64,000 bases of DNA from Gemmatimonadota bacterium (GCA_046758745.1 JBHIAV010000002.1:32001-96000), one strand, 5' to 3'. Positions 48,738 to 62,049 are shown, counted from the stretch's first letter. Translations and numbers: made by a program. The notes: generated by a model from the letters alone, not told the origin.

Positions 48738-49055
48738 TCAGCTCCCGCTCGCGCAGGGATTCGCTGCGCAGGGATTCGCCGCGCAGGGGTTGGCCGCGCA
48801 GGGATTCGCCGCGCAGGGGTTGGCCGCGCAGGGGTTGGCCGCGCAGGGGTTGGCCGCGCAGGGGTTGGCCGCGCACGGATTGGCCGCCATCGTGTCCTGA
48901 GCGGCACACGGATTGGCGGCGCAGGGGTTCACGGCCGCCGCGCACGGATTGGCCGCCTCCCCCGCCGTGTCCGCCGACTCGCCGGCTCCCCCGCACGCGG
49001 CGAGCATGAACGCGGCGAGAGGGGCGACCCAGGCGGCGCGAAGCGCTTTCACCAT
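48738..49055 (-). CDS. Cys-rich low-complexity lipoprotein with 12 NPC motifs (AANPC repeats)
   Basis: SD GGAGG; lipobox LAAC-GG; nine contiguous AANPC units plus three earlier NPC motifs; synonymous variation among repeats. Confidence 0.88.
   Translation of the reverse strand: MVKALRAAWVAPLAAFMLAACGGAGESADTAGEAANPCAAAVNPCAANPCAAQDTMAANPCAANPCAANPCAANPCAANPCAANPCAANPCAANPCAANPCASGS
48753..48887 (-). repeat. 9 x 15 bp coding repeat (AANPC)
   Basis: Units GCGGCCAACCCCTGC, GCGGCGAATCCCTGC, GCAGCGAATCCCTGC and GCGGCCAATCCGTGC. Confidence 0.95.
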
Positions 49056-49124
49056 AATGCCTCCATTGGAATGAGTGGGAACTCCCGGGCCGTGCAGCCG
49101 GGGTTCTCGAACTGGCCGAGGTCT

Positions 49125-49152
49125 AAAAAAAGACCGCTGAACTCCCAGCGGT
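49125..49152 (-). terminator. Intrinsic terminator
   Basis: ACCGCTG-ggagtt-CAGCGGT stem followed by C and a run of 7 T on the minus strand. Confidence 0.8.
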
Positions 49153-49197
49153 GGGGAACGCGACCGTCATGCCTCAGGAGATAACCATCAATCTATA

Positions 49198-49225
49198 AAT
49201 ATGCCACCGATCCGCCGCGCGTCAA
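49198..49225 (-). promoter_or_regulatory. Putative sigma70 promoter
   Basis: TTGACG, 16-nt spacer, extended -10 TGgCATATT, followed by an AT-rich start region. Confidence 0.5.
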
Positions 49226-49268
49226 CTCGGGCGTCGGGTCGAGGCGCCGCACAGATGAACCCGTATCC

Positions 49269-52532
<3,264 letters not shown>

Positions 52533-52536
52533 GCTC

Positions 52537-54273
52537 CTACCAGCCCCCGATCATCCGCCTCACTGCGTAGCGGGGCCTGATGTCCACCGGCACCACGGAC
52601 AGCCGCTCGAGTGCGGCCGCCATCTCAGGCGACATGCTCCCGTACCTCTCCATGAAGGCCCCGGCTCCCTCGTAGTCGCCCGTGGCCTCGAGCATCAGGT
52701 AGCGTCCGGCCAGGTCCGCCATCGCGGACGGCATCCTTTCGAGGTTCGCCGCGAAGCGTCCAGTCCCCGCGTCGTATGTGATGGCGCCCGACTCGCGCAG
52801 GAAGTTGAACTGGGTGAGGCAGCCGAGGCCGTGCGCCTCGGTGAACCCGAAGCGCACGCAGCGGAACATGTCCGCCACGTGGTCGATGTAGACTTCCTCC
52901 TGGAACTCGCGGTCGTACACGCCGCGCTCGGTCAGAACCCGGAGACTGTGCGTGCCGGCCGCGTCCGCTTTGGCCTCCTCGATGGCCGAGTAACGCTCCC
53001 TCAGCCCCTTGTTCACCGTTAGCTCCGGCTGGCCGGTCACGTAGTCGGGGCCCAGCCCGTGCGCGAGCTCGTGCATGAGGACGCGGGTGAAGTAGGGCTG
53101 GAAGGCGATTCGTGCGGCCTGTTCCCGCGCGAGAGTCGTGGCCGCGATCGGCTTGAGGATCTTCTCGAACTTCGCCCGGATCACGTTGCGCAGCATTACC
53201 TTCTTGGAGCCTTCCCGCTCGCGCACCCGCGGATCGTTCGGGAGATTGTAGGCGATGGTCTGGATCCCCGACCGGGTGTCACCGGCCGCGTAGATCTCGT
53301 CCACCACGGTTATGGGCGAGCTGAAGGCCCGGTCCAGGTACTTGTGCTCGTCAGGAATCGGGAGGGCGCGCTCCAGGTCGGGGAGGTACCCAACCAGCTC
53401 CTGGAGCTTCGCGCTTGCCGCCGGGTCGCGCAGCGAGATGAATGCCTCGAACGCGGCTTTGTAGCCGAACAGATTGTCCTCGTACACCTCGTACGGGCCG
53501 ATCGTCGGGTCGATGAGGTTGTCCGCCAGTCGCATCCAAGCGACTTCGCTGTCAAAGTAATCGTCCGACAGGAGGGACTCCGCCCGCAGCTCGAGGAAGC
53601 GCTTCAGGGATGCGTTGTCGGCGAGCGCCGCGGCCTCGCGGAGAAGCACCGCCGCCGGCTCGAGGTACTCCCGGTAGGCCTCGGAGTATGGGATCGCCCG
53701 CAGGGCGTCTCCGTCTCGTCGGATCACCGTGTAGTAGGAGACGAATGCGTCGCGATCCTCCGGATGCGCCTCAAGCCACGCCTCGAACTCTTCTCTGGTC
53801 AGGTTCTCCGGGTAGTATCCGGCGCCCGCTGGCTTGGGCGGCACGCGCAGGAAGGGCGCGTCTTCCTCGAGCCGGTCCCACGGCCCGTACATGATGTCGA
53901 AGTACTGGAGCGCCTCGGACACGCCGGGATCGTCGCGGCTTCCGGCGAGCGCGGCCCTGATCTGCGGGTTCTGCGTCCACACCTGCTCCAAGAAGACTCG
54001 GTCGAGATAGTCGGCCGCCTCGATGAGCCGGCGAACCACCCCTTTCTGCCGAGCGTCGAGCAGCGTGCTGTCGAAGGTGAGGGTGACGGGGGCGAACTGC
54101 TTGAGGCGGTCCGAGAGGCCGGGAACTCCACCCGCGGCCACGGAGTTCACGATACCGGCCGCATCGGCCCGCGCTTCGTCTGTCCTATCGGTACCCGAAC
54201 TGCACCGGGCGAGGGCCGCCACGAGACCGATCGCTCCGGCAAGGCGAAGCGCTCCGTGTCTCAGCGCATGCAC
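52537..54273 (-). CDS. Peptidase M49/DPP III-like zinc hydrolase lipoprotein
   Basis: [49 protein letters not shown]. Confidence 0.85.
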   Translation of the reverse strand: MHALRHGALRLAGAIGLVAALARCSSGTDRTDEARADAAGIVNSVAAGGVPGLSDRLKQFAPVTLTFDSTLLDARQKGVVRRLIEAADYLDRVFLEQVWTQNPQIRAALAGSRDDPGVSEALQYFDIMYGPWDRLEEDAPFLRVPPKPAGAGYYPENLTREEFEAWLEAHPEDRDAFVSYYTVIRRDGDALRAIPYSEAYREYLEPAAVLLREAAALADNASLKRFLELRAESLLSDDYFDSEVAWMRLADNLIDPTIGPYEVYEDNLFGYKAAFEAFISLRDPAASAKLQELVGYLPDLERALPIPDEHKYLDRAFSSPITVVDEIYAAGDTRSGIQTIAYNLPNDPRVREREGSKKVMLRNVIRAKFEKILKPIAATTLAREQAARIAFQPYFTRVLMHELAHGLGPDYVTGQPELTVNKGLRERYSAIEEAKADAAGTHSLRVLTERGVYDREFQEEVYIDHVADMFRCVRFGFTEAHGLGCLTQFNFLRESGAITYDAGTGRFAANLERMPSAMADLAGRYLMLEATGDYEGAGAFMERYGSMSPEMAAALERLSVVPVDIRPRYAVRRMIGGW

Positions 54274-54340
54274 CGTTTCACCTCCCGACCGCTCTACGCC
54301 ACATCGCCGAGGTCAACGCAGGTCCGGACGTCCCCCCCTC

Positions 54341-54892
54341 TCAGCGAAGGAGCACGGAGACGTCGGCGATGATCCACACCGGCACCGGCGATCCGGCCAG
54401 GCGGGCCGGTCGATACCGGAGCTCCGTCGCCGCCTGGAGCGCCGCGCGGTCGAACTCGTCGTGCCCCGATGTCGTGTGCAGCACGGCCCCGGCCACTCCG
54501 CCGTCGGGACCGATCAGCACCCATATGAGCGCGCTCGTGTCCGGCGGTAAACGCCGCTCCGTCAGGACGGGAACCAACCGCTCCGAAAGGAGATCCGAGA
54601 GCCACTCTCCGGGGAGAAGGACCGGGCTCTCATCATACGGCGTGCTGATCGGACCGCTGGCCGTCAGCGCCTCGAGGCTCGGTGCGCCGACGGCTGGGGT
54701 ACCGACACCAGGAGCACGGGAGGAGTCGGCCGGGATCCCGGCCGGCGGCTCCGGCACGGGGCCCGCCGCGCCGCCGACACACCCGGCGAACAGGAGACAG
54801 GGCGCGATCAGCCCGCTTCCGACGTGCCCGAATCCCGTTTGCGGCGTTCCTTTCGGACGGCGGTGGTCACGAAAAGGGCGAAGCCGCCCCAC
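54341..54892 (-). CDS. TonB C-terminal domain protein
   Basis: VLIGPDGGV...TTSGHDEFDRAALQAA..LRYRPARLAGSPVPVWI. Start uncertain. Confidence 0.7.
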   Translation of the reverse strand: MGRLRPFRDHRRPKGTPQTGFGHVGSGLIAPCLLFAGCVGGAAGPVPEPPAGIPADSSRAPGVGTPAVGAPSLEALTASGPISTPYDESPVLLPGEWLSDLLSERLVPVLTERRLPPDTSALIWVLIGPDGGVAGAVLHTTSGHDEFDRAALQAATELRYRPARLAGSPVPVWIIADVSVLLR

Positions 54893-54939
54893 ACGAAAGA
54901 CACCACCACCACCATGATCGCGATCCCCGTCGCCGTCAG
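54808..54939 (-). CDS. MetS-like small membrane protein (NSS-transporter small subunit family), 43 aa
   Basis: SD AGGAGG, 5 nt, CTG start: MTATGIAIMVVVVSFVWGGFALFVTTAVRKERRKRDSGTSEAG; WGG motif in a single TM followed by a basic tail. Confidence 0.6.
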   Translation of the reverse strand: MTATGIAIMVVVVSFVWGGFALFVTTAVRKERRKRDSGTSEAG

Positions 54940-55073
54940 TGTGGCCTCCTGGTGTCGAATTCCGGAACGAGCGCGAATCTAACCGTCTCCGCCGGAGGTC
55001 GCACGCCCGATCCCGGTCCGCGCCCTACGTATCGGCAAGAGCGCGCGAAGGGACGCCCACAGCCGACCGATGC

Positions 55074-56450
55074 TCAGACGACAGGGGCGAACCGCGCCGT
55101 GAAGTGGCGGAGGAAGGGCGGCTGGTAGGTGATCCGATAGCCCCGAAGCTCGTCTCGGCGCTCGTGGACTCGGAGAATCGCCTCGACCACGTAGTCGATC
55201 TGGCTCTTGGTGTACACGCGCCGGGGGATCGCCAGACGCAGGAGCTCGTGCGGCGCCTGTCTCGGCTCGCCCGTGAGAGGATCCGTCGTTCCGAACATCA
55301 CGCTGCCGATCTCCACCGATCGAATGCCCGCCTCACGGTACAGCTCCACCGCGATCGATATTCCCGGAAACTCCAGCGGAGCGATGTGGGGGCAGAAGGC
55401 AGCGGCGTCGATGTAGACGGCGTGGCCTCCCGGGGGTTGGACGATCGGCACCCCCTGCTCGGCGATGTGCGCTCCCAGGTAGGCGATCGACGCGATGCGG
55501 TACCTCAGGTAGTCTGCATCGAGTGCCTCGTGGAGTCCGATCGCCACCGCCTCGAGGTCACGGCCGGCCAAGCCGCCGTACGTCGGGAAGCCCTCCGTGA
55601 GGATGAGGAGATCACGCTCCTGCTCGGCGAGTTGGGCGTCGTTCGTCGCCAGGAAACCGCCGATGTTGGCCATCCCGTCCTTCTTGGCGGACATCGTGCA
55701 ACCGTCCGCGTAGGAAAAGATCTCGCGAGCGATCTCGACGAGCGGGCGGTCCCGGTATCCGTCTTCCCGTTGCTGGATGAAGTAGGCGTTCTCGGCGAAG
55801 CGGCAGGCGTCGATATACAGAGGGATCGCGTGCCTCCGGCACGCCTCGGAGACGGCTCGGATGTTCGCCATCGATACGGGCTGTCCGCCCCCGGAGTTGT
55901 TGGTGATCGTCAGCATGACGAGAGGGATCCGCCGCTGGCCGGCTCCGGCGATCGTCTGCTCCAGCGCCTCCACGTCCATGTTCCCCTTGAAGGGGTGCTC
56001 GGCGCTCAGGTCGAGCGATTCCACGCAGGGGAGGTCGACCGCTTCTGCGCCGGCGAACTCGATGTTCGCGCGCGTCGTGTCGAAGTGCGTGTTGTTGGGC
56101 ACGAGGTCACCCGGCCGGCAAACGGTGCCGAACAGGATCCGCTCGGCCGCGCGTCCCTGGTGTGTCGGGATTACGTGCTCGAAGCCGAAGATCTCGCGGA
56201 CAGCCCGCTCGAACCGGTAGAAGCTACCGCTTCCAGCGTAAGACTCGTCGCCATGCATAACGCCGGCCCACTGGTCCGCGCTCATGGCGCCCGTTCCGCT
56301 GTCGGTCAGGAGGTCGATGAGGACGTCACGGGCGTGAAGGCGGAACAGGTTGTATCCGGCCTCCGCCACGAGACGCTCGCGCTCCTCCCGGGCGGTCATC
56401 CGGATCGGCTCGACGACCTTGATCCGGAACGGCTCGATGATCCTGGGCAT
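55074..56450 (-). CDS. tnaA: Tryptophanase
   Basis: EPFRIKVVE, IDLLTDSGT, HQGRAAE, PLP lysine MSAKKD, GFPTYGG, C-terminal LRHFTARF. Confidence 0.9.
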   Translation of the reverse strand: MPRIIEPFRIKVVEPIRMTAREERERLVAEAGYNLFRLHARDVLIDLLTDSGTGAMSADQWAGVMHGDESYAGSGSFYRFERAVREIFGFEHVIPTHQGRAAERILFGTVCRPGDLVPNNTHFDTTRANIEFAGAEAVDLPCVESLDLSAEHPFKGNMDVEALEQTIAGAGQRRIPLVMLTITNNSGGGQPVSMANIRAVSEACRRHAIPLYIDACRFAENAYFIQQREDGYRDRPLVEIAREIFSYADGCTMSAKKDGMANIGGFLATNDAQLAEQERDLLILTEGFPTYGGLAGRDLEAVAIGLHEALDADYLRYRIASIAYLGAHIAEQGVPIVQPPGGHAVYIDAAAFCPHIAPLEFPGISIAVELYREAGIRSVEIGSVMFGTTDPLTGEPRQAPHELLRLAIPRRVYTKSQIDYVVEAILRVHERRDELRGYRITYQPPFLRHFTARFAPVV

Positions 56451-56458
56451 ACCTGGGC

Positions 56459-57046
56459 TCAGCCGCGCCCCTCGAGCCCCAGCCGATCCGCGATGCCGCG
56501 CATCGCTTCGATGACGAACGCGATGTGCTCGGTCAGCTCGACCCCGAGCGCCTCCGTCTCACGACGGATCGCCTCTCGGTCCACAGCTGCGGCGAACGAC
56601 CTGTCCTTCATCTTCTTCTTGACGGACTTCGGTCCCAGGTCGGTGACACCGTTCGGACGGACGAGGGAGCAGGCGGTGATGAAGCCGGTGAGCTCATCGA
56701 CCGCCCGCAGGGTCCTCTCCATTCGGGTCTGAGGCTCGACGCCGGTGTAGTCTGCGTGCGCGAGGATCGCCCGGCACATCTCCTCGGGGTAGCCGCGCTC
56801 ACGTAGCAGACGGACACCCTCCGAGGGGTGCTCAGTGTCCGGAAGGTGCCCCTCGTTCGGCCACCGCTCATAGTCGAAGTCGTGAATCAGCCCGGTGACG
56901 CCCCATAGCTCCGGGTCTTCGCCGAACTTCTCGGCATACGCGCGCATGGCGGCCTCCACCGCGTACATGTGCCGACGGAGGTTCTCGTTGCGCGTGTACT
57001 CCTGCATGAGCGCCAGGACCTCTTGCCGGTCCGGAACCGCAGGCAT
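56459..57046 (-). CDS. HD-domain hydrolase
   Basis: LRRHMYAVE, GLIHDFDYE, AVDELTGFI, KKKMKDRSFAAAVDRE. Confidence 0.9.
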   Translation of the reverse strand: MPAVPDRQEVLALMQEYTRNENLRRHMYAVEAAMRAYAEKFGEDPELWGVTGLIHDFDYERWPNEGHLPDTEHPSEGVRLLRERGYPEEMCRAILAHADYTGVEPQTRMERTLRAVDELTGFITACSLVRPNGVTDLGPKSVKKKMKDRSFAAAVDREAIRRETEALGVELTEHIAFVIEAMRGIADRLGLEGRG

Positions 57047-57074
57047 CCCGCCTCCTGACTGTGGGTTCGGGTGA

Positions 57075-58247
57075 TCAGCTTTCGTCGAGCAGAGCGGCGC
57101 GCGTCACCGCCTCCGGCCCGAAGCGCTCCGCGAGCCGGTCCACCGCCGCGGCCACTCGGGAATCGACCGGTGGGCTCTCTCCTTCAAAGAGGGAGAGCTG
57201 GTCTGGCCCGATGAATTGGGAAACTCCCACTCCGATCAGCCGGATCCGACGGCCGGCCCGGTCGGCCTTTCGGAAGAGGGGAAGCGCGGCCGCCCAGATC
57301 CGATCCCCCGTGTCCACGGGAGCATGGAGCGTGACCCGACGGGTCACCGTCTCGAACCCCTCCCACCGGAGCTTGAGCGTCACCGTGCACCCGGTGAGGC
57401 CACGCTGCCGGAGCCCCGCCCCGACCTCCTGGCAGAGCTGGAGAAGGGTCCGCTCCACCGCCGTGCGGTCGGCCACGTCCTGCTCGAACGTGACCTCGCG
57501 GCTGAGCGACTTGCGCTCACGCTCCGGCTCCACCGGCCGTTCGTCGACTCCCAGGCTCAGCTCGTACAGACGCTGGCCGACCGCCTCGCCTAGACGCCCG
57601 GCTAGGATATCCGGACCGAGGCGAGCCACATCCCCGATCGTCGAGGCGCCGAGGCGCCGAAGGACGGCGACCGTCTTCGGCCCGGCGCCCCACAGCCGGT
57701 GTAGCCCGAGCGGAGCCAGAAACTCCCGCTCTTCGCCGGGCGGCACGACGACGAGGCCGTCCGGCTTCTCCAGGTCGCTCGCCAGCTTCGCCACGAACTT
57801 GCTGCAGGCCACCCCGACCGAAGCGGTGAGCGACTCCGTCTCCCGGATCTCTCGCTTGATCGCGCCGGCGACGGAAGCTCCGTCACCGAACAGGCGGCGG
57901 CTCGCGGTGACATCCAGGAACGCCTCATCGATACTGAGGGGCTCAATGAGGTCGGTGTAGCGCCCCAGGAGGTCGAACACGCGGGAGGAGACCTCCCGGT
58001 ACAGGGCCATGCGGGGACGCAGGTAGACGGCGCGTGGGCAGCGTCGGTACGCCTGCGAGATCGGCATCGCCGATGCGATCCCATACTTTCGGGCCTCGTA
58101 GTTGGCGGCCGCCACGACCCCTCGGCCACGCCCTCCCTTCGGATCCGCGCCGACGACGATGGGCCGACCCCCGAGCGTGGGATCCTCGCGCTCCTCGATC
58201 GCCGCGAAGAACGCGTCCATGTCGACGTGCAGGATCGTTCGGGCCAT
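57075..58247 (-). CDS. dinB: DNA polymerase IV
   Basis: ILHVDMDAFFA, YEARKYGI, SIDEAFLD, KLASDLEKPDG, IRLIGV. Confidence 0.96.
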   Translation of the reverse strand: MARTILHVDMDAFFAAIEEREDPTLGGRPIVVGADPKGGRGRGVVAAANYEARKYGIASAMPISQAYRRCPRAVYLRPRMALYREVSSRVFDLLGRYTDLIEPLSIDEAFLDVTASRRLFGDGASVAGAIKREIRETESLTASVGVACSKFVAKLASDLEKPDGLVVVPPGEEREFLAPLGLHRLWGAGPKTVAVLRRLGASTIGDVARLGPDILAGRLGEAVGQRLYELSLGVDERPVEPERERKSLSREVTFEQDVADRTAVERTLLQLCQEVGAGLRQRGLTGCTVTLKLRWEGFETVTRRVTLHAPVDTGDRIWAAALPLFRKADRAGRRIRLIGVGVSQFIGPDQLSLFEGESPPVDSRVAAAVDRLAERFGPEAVTRAALLDES

Positions 58248-58308
58248 GCGCTCCAAGATGCGGGGGCGACTTCGGCAGATCCAGCACCGGCGGCGGGGTG
58301 CGGCCGCG

Positions 58309-59124
58309 CTACGAGGGTGCGGTGGACGCCGAGCGTCGCGGCTCTTCCGCTTCGCGCTCATCGATGATTCGGCGAGCGATCGACGGGTAGTCGGTGATGA
58401 GGCCGTCCACGCCGAGGTCGAGCAGGCGCCGCATGCGTCCCGGGCGGTTCACCGTCCACACGAACACCCCGAGCCCGTCACGATGGGCGGCCCGCACCAG
58501 CCGTCGCGTCACCACCCGAATGCCTCTGCGCCGCTCCGGTACCATCAAGGCGGTGACATCCGTCGGAAGACGCCTGCGGACCCCGATCTTGCCGAGAAGC
58601 ACGTATGGCGCCAGGACTTCTTCCGTCGCGCACCGCCAGCGCGCCCGGGCCGCGGCGGGCCGGACGGCGCGGCTCGAGAAGCCTCCGACCAGGATGTTCC
58701 GCCCGCCTTCCCCTTTCGCCAGCCACGCGGCGAGCGCCGCTCCGGCTCGCTCGCTCTTCACCTCGAGTACGGCCGGACGGTCGCCGAGCTCGTCGATAGC
58801 CTCGTCGAGGGTGGGGATTCGCACTGCTTTCCCGCGGAACGGGAACGTCCTCCCGCCGTCGACGCTGAAGCGATAGCCCGCGTCCAGCGCGCGGAGATCC
58901 TCCAGCCAGTACCCCTCCACGGGCCCCGTCTGATCGGTCGTTCGGTCCACCGTAGGATCGTGCAGCAGCACGAGTGTCCCGCAGCGCGCGCAGCGGAGGT
59001 CGAGTTCGACCGCATCCGCCCCGGCCGCGGTCGCGTGGCGGAGCGCCGGGAGGGTATTCTCGGGCGCGACGCCGCCGGCGCCCCTGTGGCCGATGACGCG
59101 GACGGCTCCGTCGTGGCCGAACAT
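58309..59124 (-). CDS. Glycerophosphodiester phosphodiesterase
   Basis: GHRGAGGVAPENT, ELDL, HDPTVDRTT, EVKS, WTVN, GVDGLITDYP. Confidence 0.93.
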   Translation of the reverse strand: MFGHDGAVRVIGHRGAGGVAPENTLPALRHATAAGADAVELDLRCARCGTLVLLHDPTVDRTTDQTGPVEGYWLEDLRALDAGYRFSVDGGRTFPFRGKAVRIPTLDEAIDELGDRPAVLEVKSERAGAALAAWLAKGEGGRNILVGGFSSRAVRPAAARARWRCATEEVLAPYVLLGKIGVRRRLPTDVTALMVPERRRGIRVVTRRLVRAAHRDGLGVFVWTVNRPGRMRRLLDLGVDGLITDYPSIARRIIDEREAEEPRRSASTAPS

Positions 59125-59275
59125 GGACGGAAGTGTAGCGGCGACGTGGGCCGGGCGTCTACCGTCCCTGTGGGCCGCAGGGAACCGAGCCTGAGGTCGG
59201 AGGCACGGTCGACGCCGGGGTGGCCGCGGCGCAGGTATGGGTCGAGGGAAGGCCGAAAAGAGGGGGACCGGTCCA

Positions 59276-60436
59276 GTGAGGGTGCTCATCTGTCCGACGG
59301 CGTTCAAGGGGAGCCTGACGGCCGCCGAGGCAGCTCGTGCGATGGCTCGTGGGGTGGGTGCGGCGCTGCCACGGGCCGAGATCATCGTCCTCCCGGTCTC
59401 GGATGGAGGACCGGGCCTCCTCGACGCGCTGCGGGCCGGAGGGGCCCAGGAGGTGGGGGAGCCGGCCGGCACGAGGGCGCCGCCCGCCGCTGCCGCGGCC
59501 GGTGACCCCCCCAGGGAACCGGGACTGTCCCGGGATTGCCGTCTCGAGAGCATCGAGGTCCCTGGGCCGCTCGGCGCCACTGTCACCGCGCGCATCCTGT
59601 GGCTGAGCGGCGCGAGCGCCGCGATCGAGTCGGCGGATGCGTGCGGTCTGCACCTGGTTTCGCCTGGGCGGCGCGATCCGCTGCGCGCGGACACGCTCGG
59701 CGTGGGGGAGATGGTGCGCGCCTGTGTGGAGCGCGGCGCGCGACGGGTATGGATCGGGCTCGGCGGATCCGGCACGGCCGACGGCGGGACCGGGGCTGCG
59801 CGGGCCTTCGGCTGGCGCTTTCTTGACGCGAGCGGGCGGACCGTCCGACCGGGAGGAGGTGGCCTGGCCCGCCTCGCACGCATCCGGCGCGGGACCATGC
59901 CGAAGGCGGAGCTCACCGCGCTGGCGGACGTTGGAAGCCCCCTCACGGGCCCGAACGGGGCGGCGCACCGCTTCGGCCCGCAGAAAGGCGCGAGCGCGGC
60001 TGACATCGCCCGGCTCGACGTCGGCCTGGCTCGTCTGACCGAGCGGATCGAGACCGATCTCGGCATCGCGGTGGCCGAGCTGCCGGGCGCGGGAGCGGCG
60101 GGTGGCCTCGGAGCCGGGTGCGTCGCCTTCCTCGGTGCCGCTCTGGTCGCGGGTGCGCCTTGGGTGCTGGACCGGGTCCGTTTCGACGCGGTGCTCGACT
60201 CGGTCGACGTGGCGGTTACGGGCGAGGGCACGTTCGACGCCGGCAGTCTCCTCGGCAAGGTCACCGGCGAGGTGCTCGTCCGCTGCCGGCGAGCCGAAGT
60301 TCCGGCGATCCTCGTATGCGGCAGGGTCGAAGGCCGCGCTCCGGCGGGCGTCAAGATTCGGCAGCGTCCGGGAGCTTTGTTGGGGGGCACCGACCTGGCC
60401 GAGCTCGTCCAAGGAGCGATACGCGAGATGGTGTGA
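59276..60436 (+). CDS. Glycerate kinase (GlxK family)
   Basis: PTAFKGSLTA, PVSDGG, GLGGSGTADGG, FGPQKGA, GAGAAGG, TGEG.FD..SLLGK. Confidence 0.92.
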   Translation: MRVLICPTAFKGSLTAAEAARAMARGVGAALPRAEIIVLPVSDGGPGLLDALRAGGAQEVGEPAGTRAPPAAAAAGDPPREPGLSRDCRLESIEVPGPLGATVTARILWLSGASAAIESADACGLHLVSPGRRDPLRADTLGVGEMVRACVERGARRVWIGLGGSGTADGGTGAARAFGWRFLDASGRTVRPGGGGLARLARIRRGTMPKAELTALADVGSPLTGPNGAAHRFGPQKGASAADIARLDVGLARLTERIETDLGIAVAELPGAGAAGGLGAGCVAFLGAALVAGAPWVLDRVRFDAVLDSVDVAVTGEGTFDAGSLLGKVTGEVLVRCRRAEVPAILVCGRVEGRAPAGVKIRQRPGALLGGTDLAELVQGAIREMV

Positions 60437-60654
60437 GCGGCCCAGCCGGGAGCCGCGGCTCGCCTCAGCGCTCTTCCTCGAGTCGCTGGCTGGAGTTTCT
60501 TGCTCGAGCCGCGGCGATGCCCCTATGCTCCCGGTCGCCGGAAGAGCGCGTGTCGCCGGTCGGGACCAGGGCGACCGCGACGAGCCTCCCACCCGACCGG
60601 AAAGCGCGCGATGCGACGGGCGAGCTTTCAGCCGTGGAGAACGAAACGGACGAC

Positions 60655-62049
60655 ATGAGCGGGACGGCGGGCGAAGAGCTGAAGGAAGCACGACAGGCGG
60701 GCTCACCGCCGGAGACGGAGGAAAGCGGGCACCCCTCCGATCTGATGGACAAGCTGGTGTCGCTCTGCAAGCGACGAGGTTTCGTCTTCCAGTCTTCCGA
60801 GATCTACGGGGGCGTGGGAGCGGTGTACGACTACGGCCCGCTCGGCGTGGAGCTCAAGCGAAACATCGGCGAGGCGTGGTGGGAGGAGATGGTGCTCCGC
60901 CGAGAGGACATCGAGGGGCTCGACGCCGGTATCCTCATGCACCCGACCGTGTGGGAAGCGAGCGGTCACGTAGAGGGTTTCACGGACCCTCTCGTCGAGT
61001 GCCGGAACTGCCAACGTCGTTTCCGCGCCGACGAGGTCGCAGGCGGGAAGTGTCCTGTGTGCGGAGTCACCGGCCAGCTCATGGAACCCCGACAGTTCAA
61101 CCTGATGTTCCGAACCTTTATGGGCCCGGTGGAGGACGATAGCTCGGTCACGTATCTGCGACCGGAGACGGCGCAGGGAATCTACGTGAACTTCCGGAAC
61201 GTCCTCGACGCATCCCGGCAGAAGATACCCTTCGGGATCGCCCAGATCGGAAAAGCGTTCCGCAACGAGATCACGCCTGGCAACTTCATCTTCCGCACGC
61301 GCGAGTTCGAGCAGATGGAGATGCAGTTCTTCGTCGAGCCGGGAACCGATGAGGAGTGGTTCGAGACGTGGCGGGAGCGCAGAATGGACTGGGTGAAGAG
61401 CCTCGGCGTGACTCCCTCGCGTCTGAGGTTCCACCGGCACGCACCCGACGAGCTGGCGCACTACGCCAAGGCGGCGTTCGACATACAGTACCGCTTCCCG
61501 TTCGGCTGGCAGGAGTTCGAGGGGATCCACAACCGAACCGACTTCGACCTGCGGCGACACCAACAATATTCGGGGAGGAAGCTGGAGTACTTCGACACGG
61601 CGACGAGCCGGCGCTACACACCCTTCGTCATCGAGACCTCCGCTGGCCTCGATCGAACGCTGCTCGTCGTCCTGGCGGACGCGTATGCGGAAGAGATGAT
61701 CGGCGGAGAGGAGCGTGTGGTGCTCCGTCTCCAACCGCGCCTCGCGCCGATCGAGCTGGCCGTCTTCCCGCTCGTGAAGAAGGATGGGATGCCGGAGCTC
61801 GCCAGGAAGATCGCCGACGATCTTCGCCGCTGGTTCCACCTCTTCCTTGACGAGACCGGCTCGATCGGGCGCCGCTATCGGCGTCAGGACGAGACGGGCA
61901 CGCCCTTCTGCGTGACCGTGGATGGGAAGAGCGTGGAGGATGGCACGGTGACCGTGCGCGATCGCGACTCGCTGAAGCAGGATCGTATACCCGCCGCCGG
62001 CCTGCGGGAGTATCTGACGGATGCGCTCGCCGGGGGCCGGGCGAGCTAG
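60655..62049 (+). CDS. glyQS: Glycine--tRNA ligase (alpha2 type)
   Basis: LCKRRGFVFQSSEIYGG, LRPETAQG, FRNEITP, FRTREFEQME, SIGRRYRRQDE.GTP. Confidence 0.97.
   Translation: MSGTAGEELKEARQAGSPPETEESGHPSDLMDKLVSLCKRRGFVFQSSEIYGGVGAVYDYGPLGVELKRNIGEAWWEEMVLRREDIEGLDAGILMHPTVWEASGHVEGFTDPLVECRNCQRRFRADEVAGGKCPVCGVTGQLMEPRQFNLMFRTFMGPVEDDSSVTYLRPETAQGIYVNFRNVLDASRQKIPFGIAQIGKAFRNEITPGNFIFRTREFEQMEMQFFVEPGTDEEWFETWRERRMDWVKSLGVTPSRLRFHRHAPDELAHYAKAAFDIQYRFPFGWQEFEGIHNRTDFDLRRHQQYSGRKLEYFDTATSRRYTPFVIETSAGLDRTLLVVLADAYAEEMIGGEERVVLRLQPRLAPIELAVFPLVKKDGMPELARKIADDLRRWFHLFLDETGSIGRRYRRQDETGTPFCVTVDGKSVEDGTVTVRDRDSLKQDRIPAAGLREYLTDALAGGRAS

Noticed and set aside
48707-48907. PTPAR-repeat N-terminal extension of the cytochrome ORF
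   Set aside because: Off-frame reading of the AANPC repeat gene. The cytochrome more plausibly starts at GTG 48706.
55074-56450. Tyrosine phenol-lyase
   Set aside because: The C-terminal LRHFTARF and MSAKKD motifs match tryptophanase rather than TPL (LRFF, MSGKKD).
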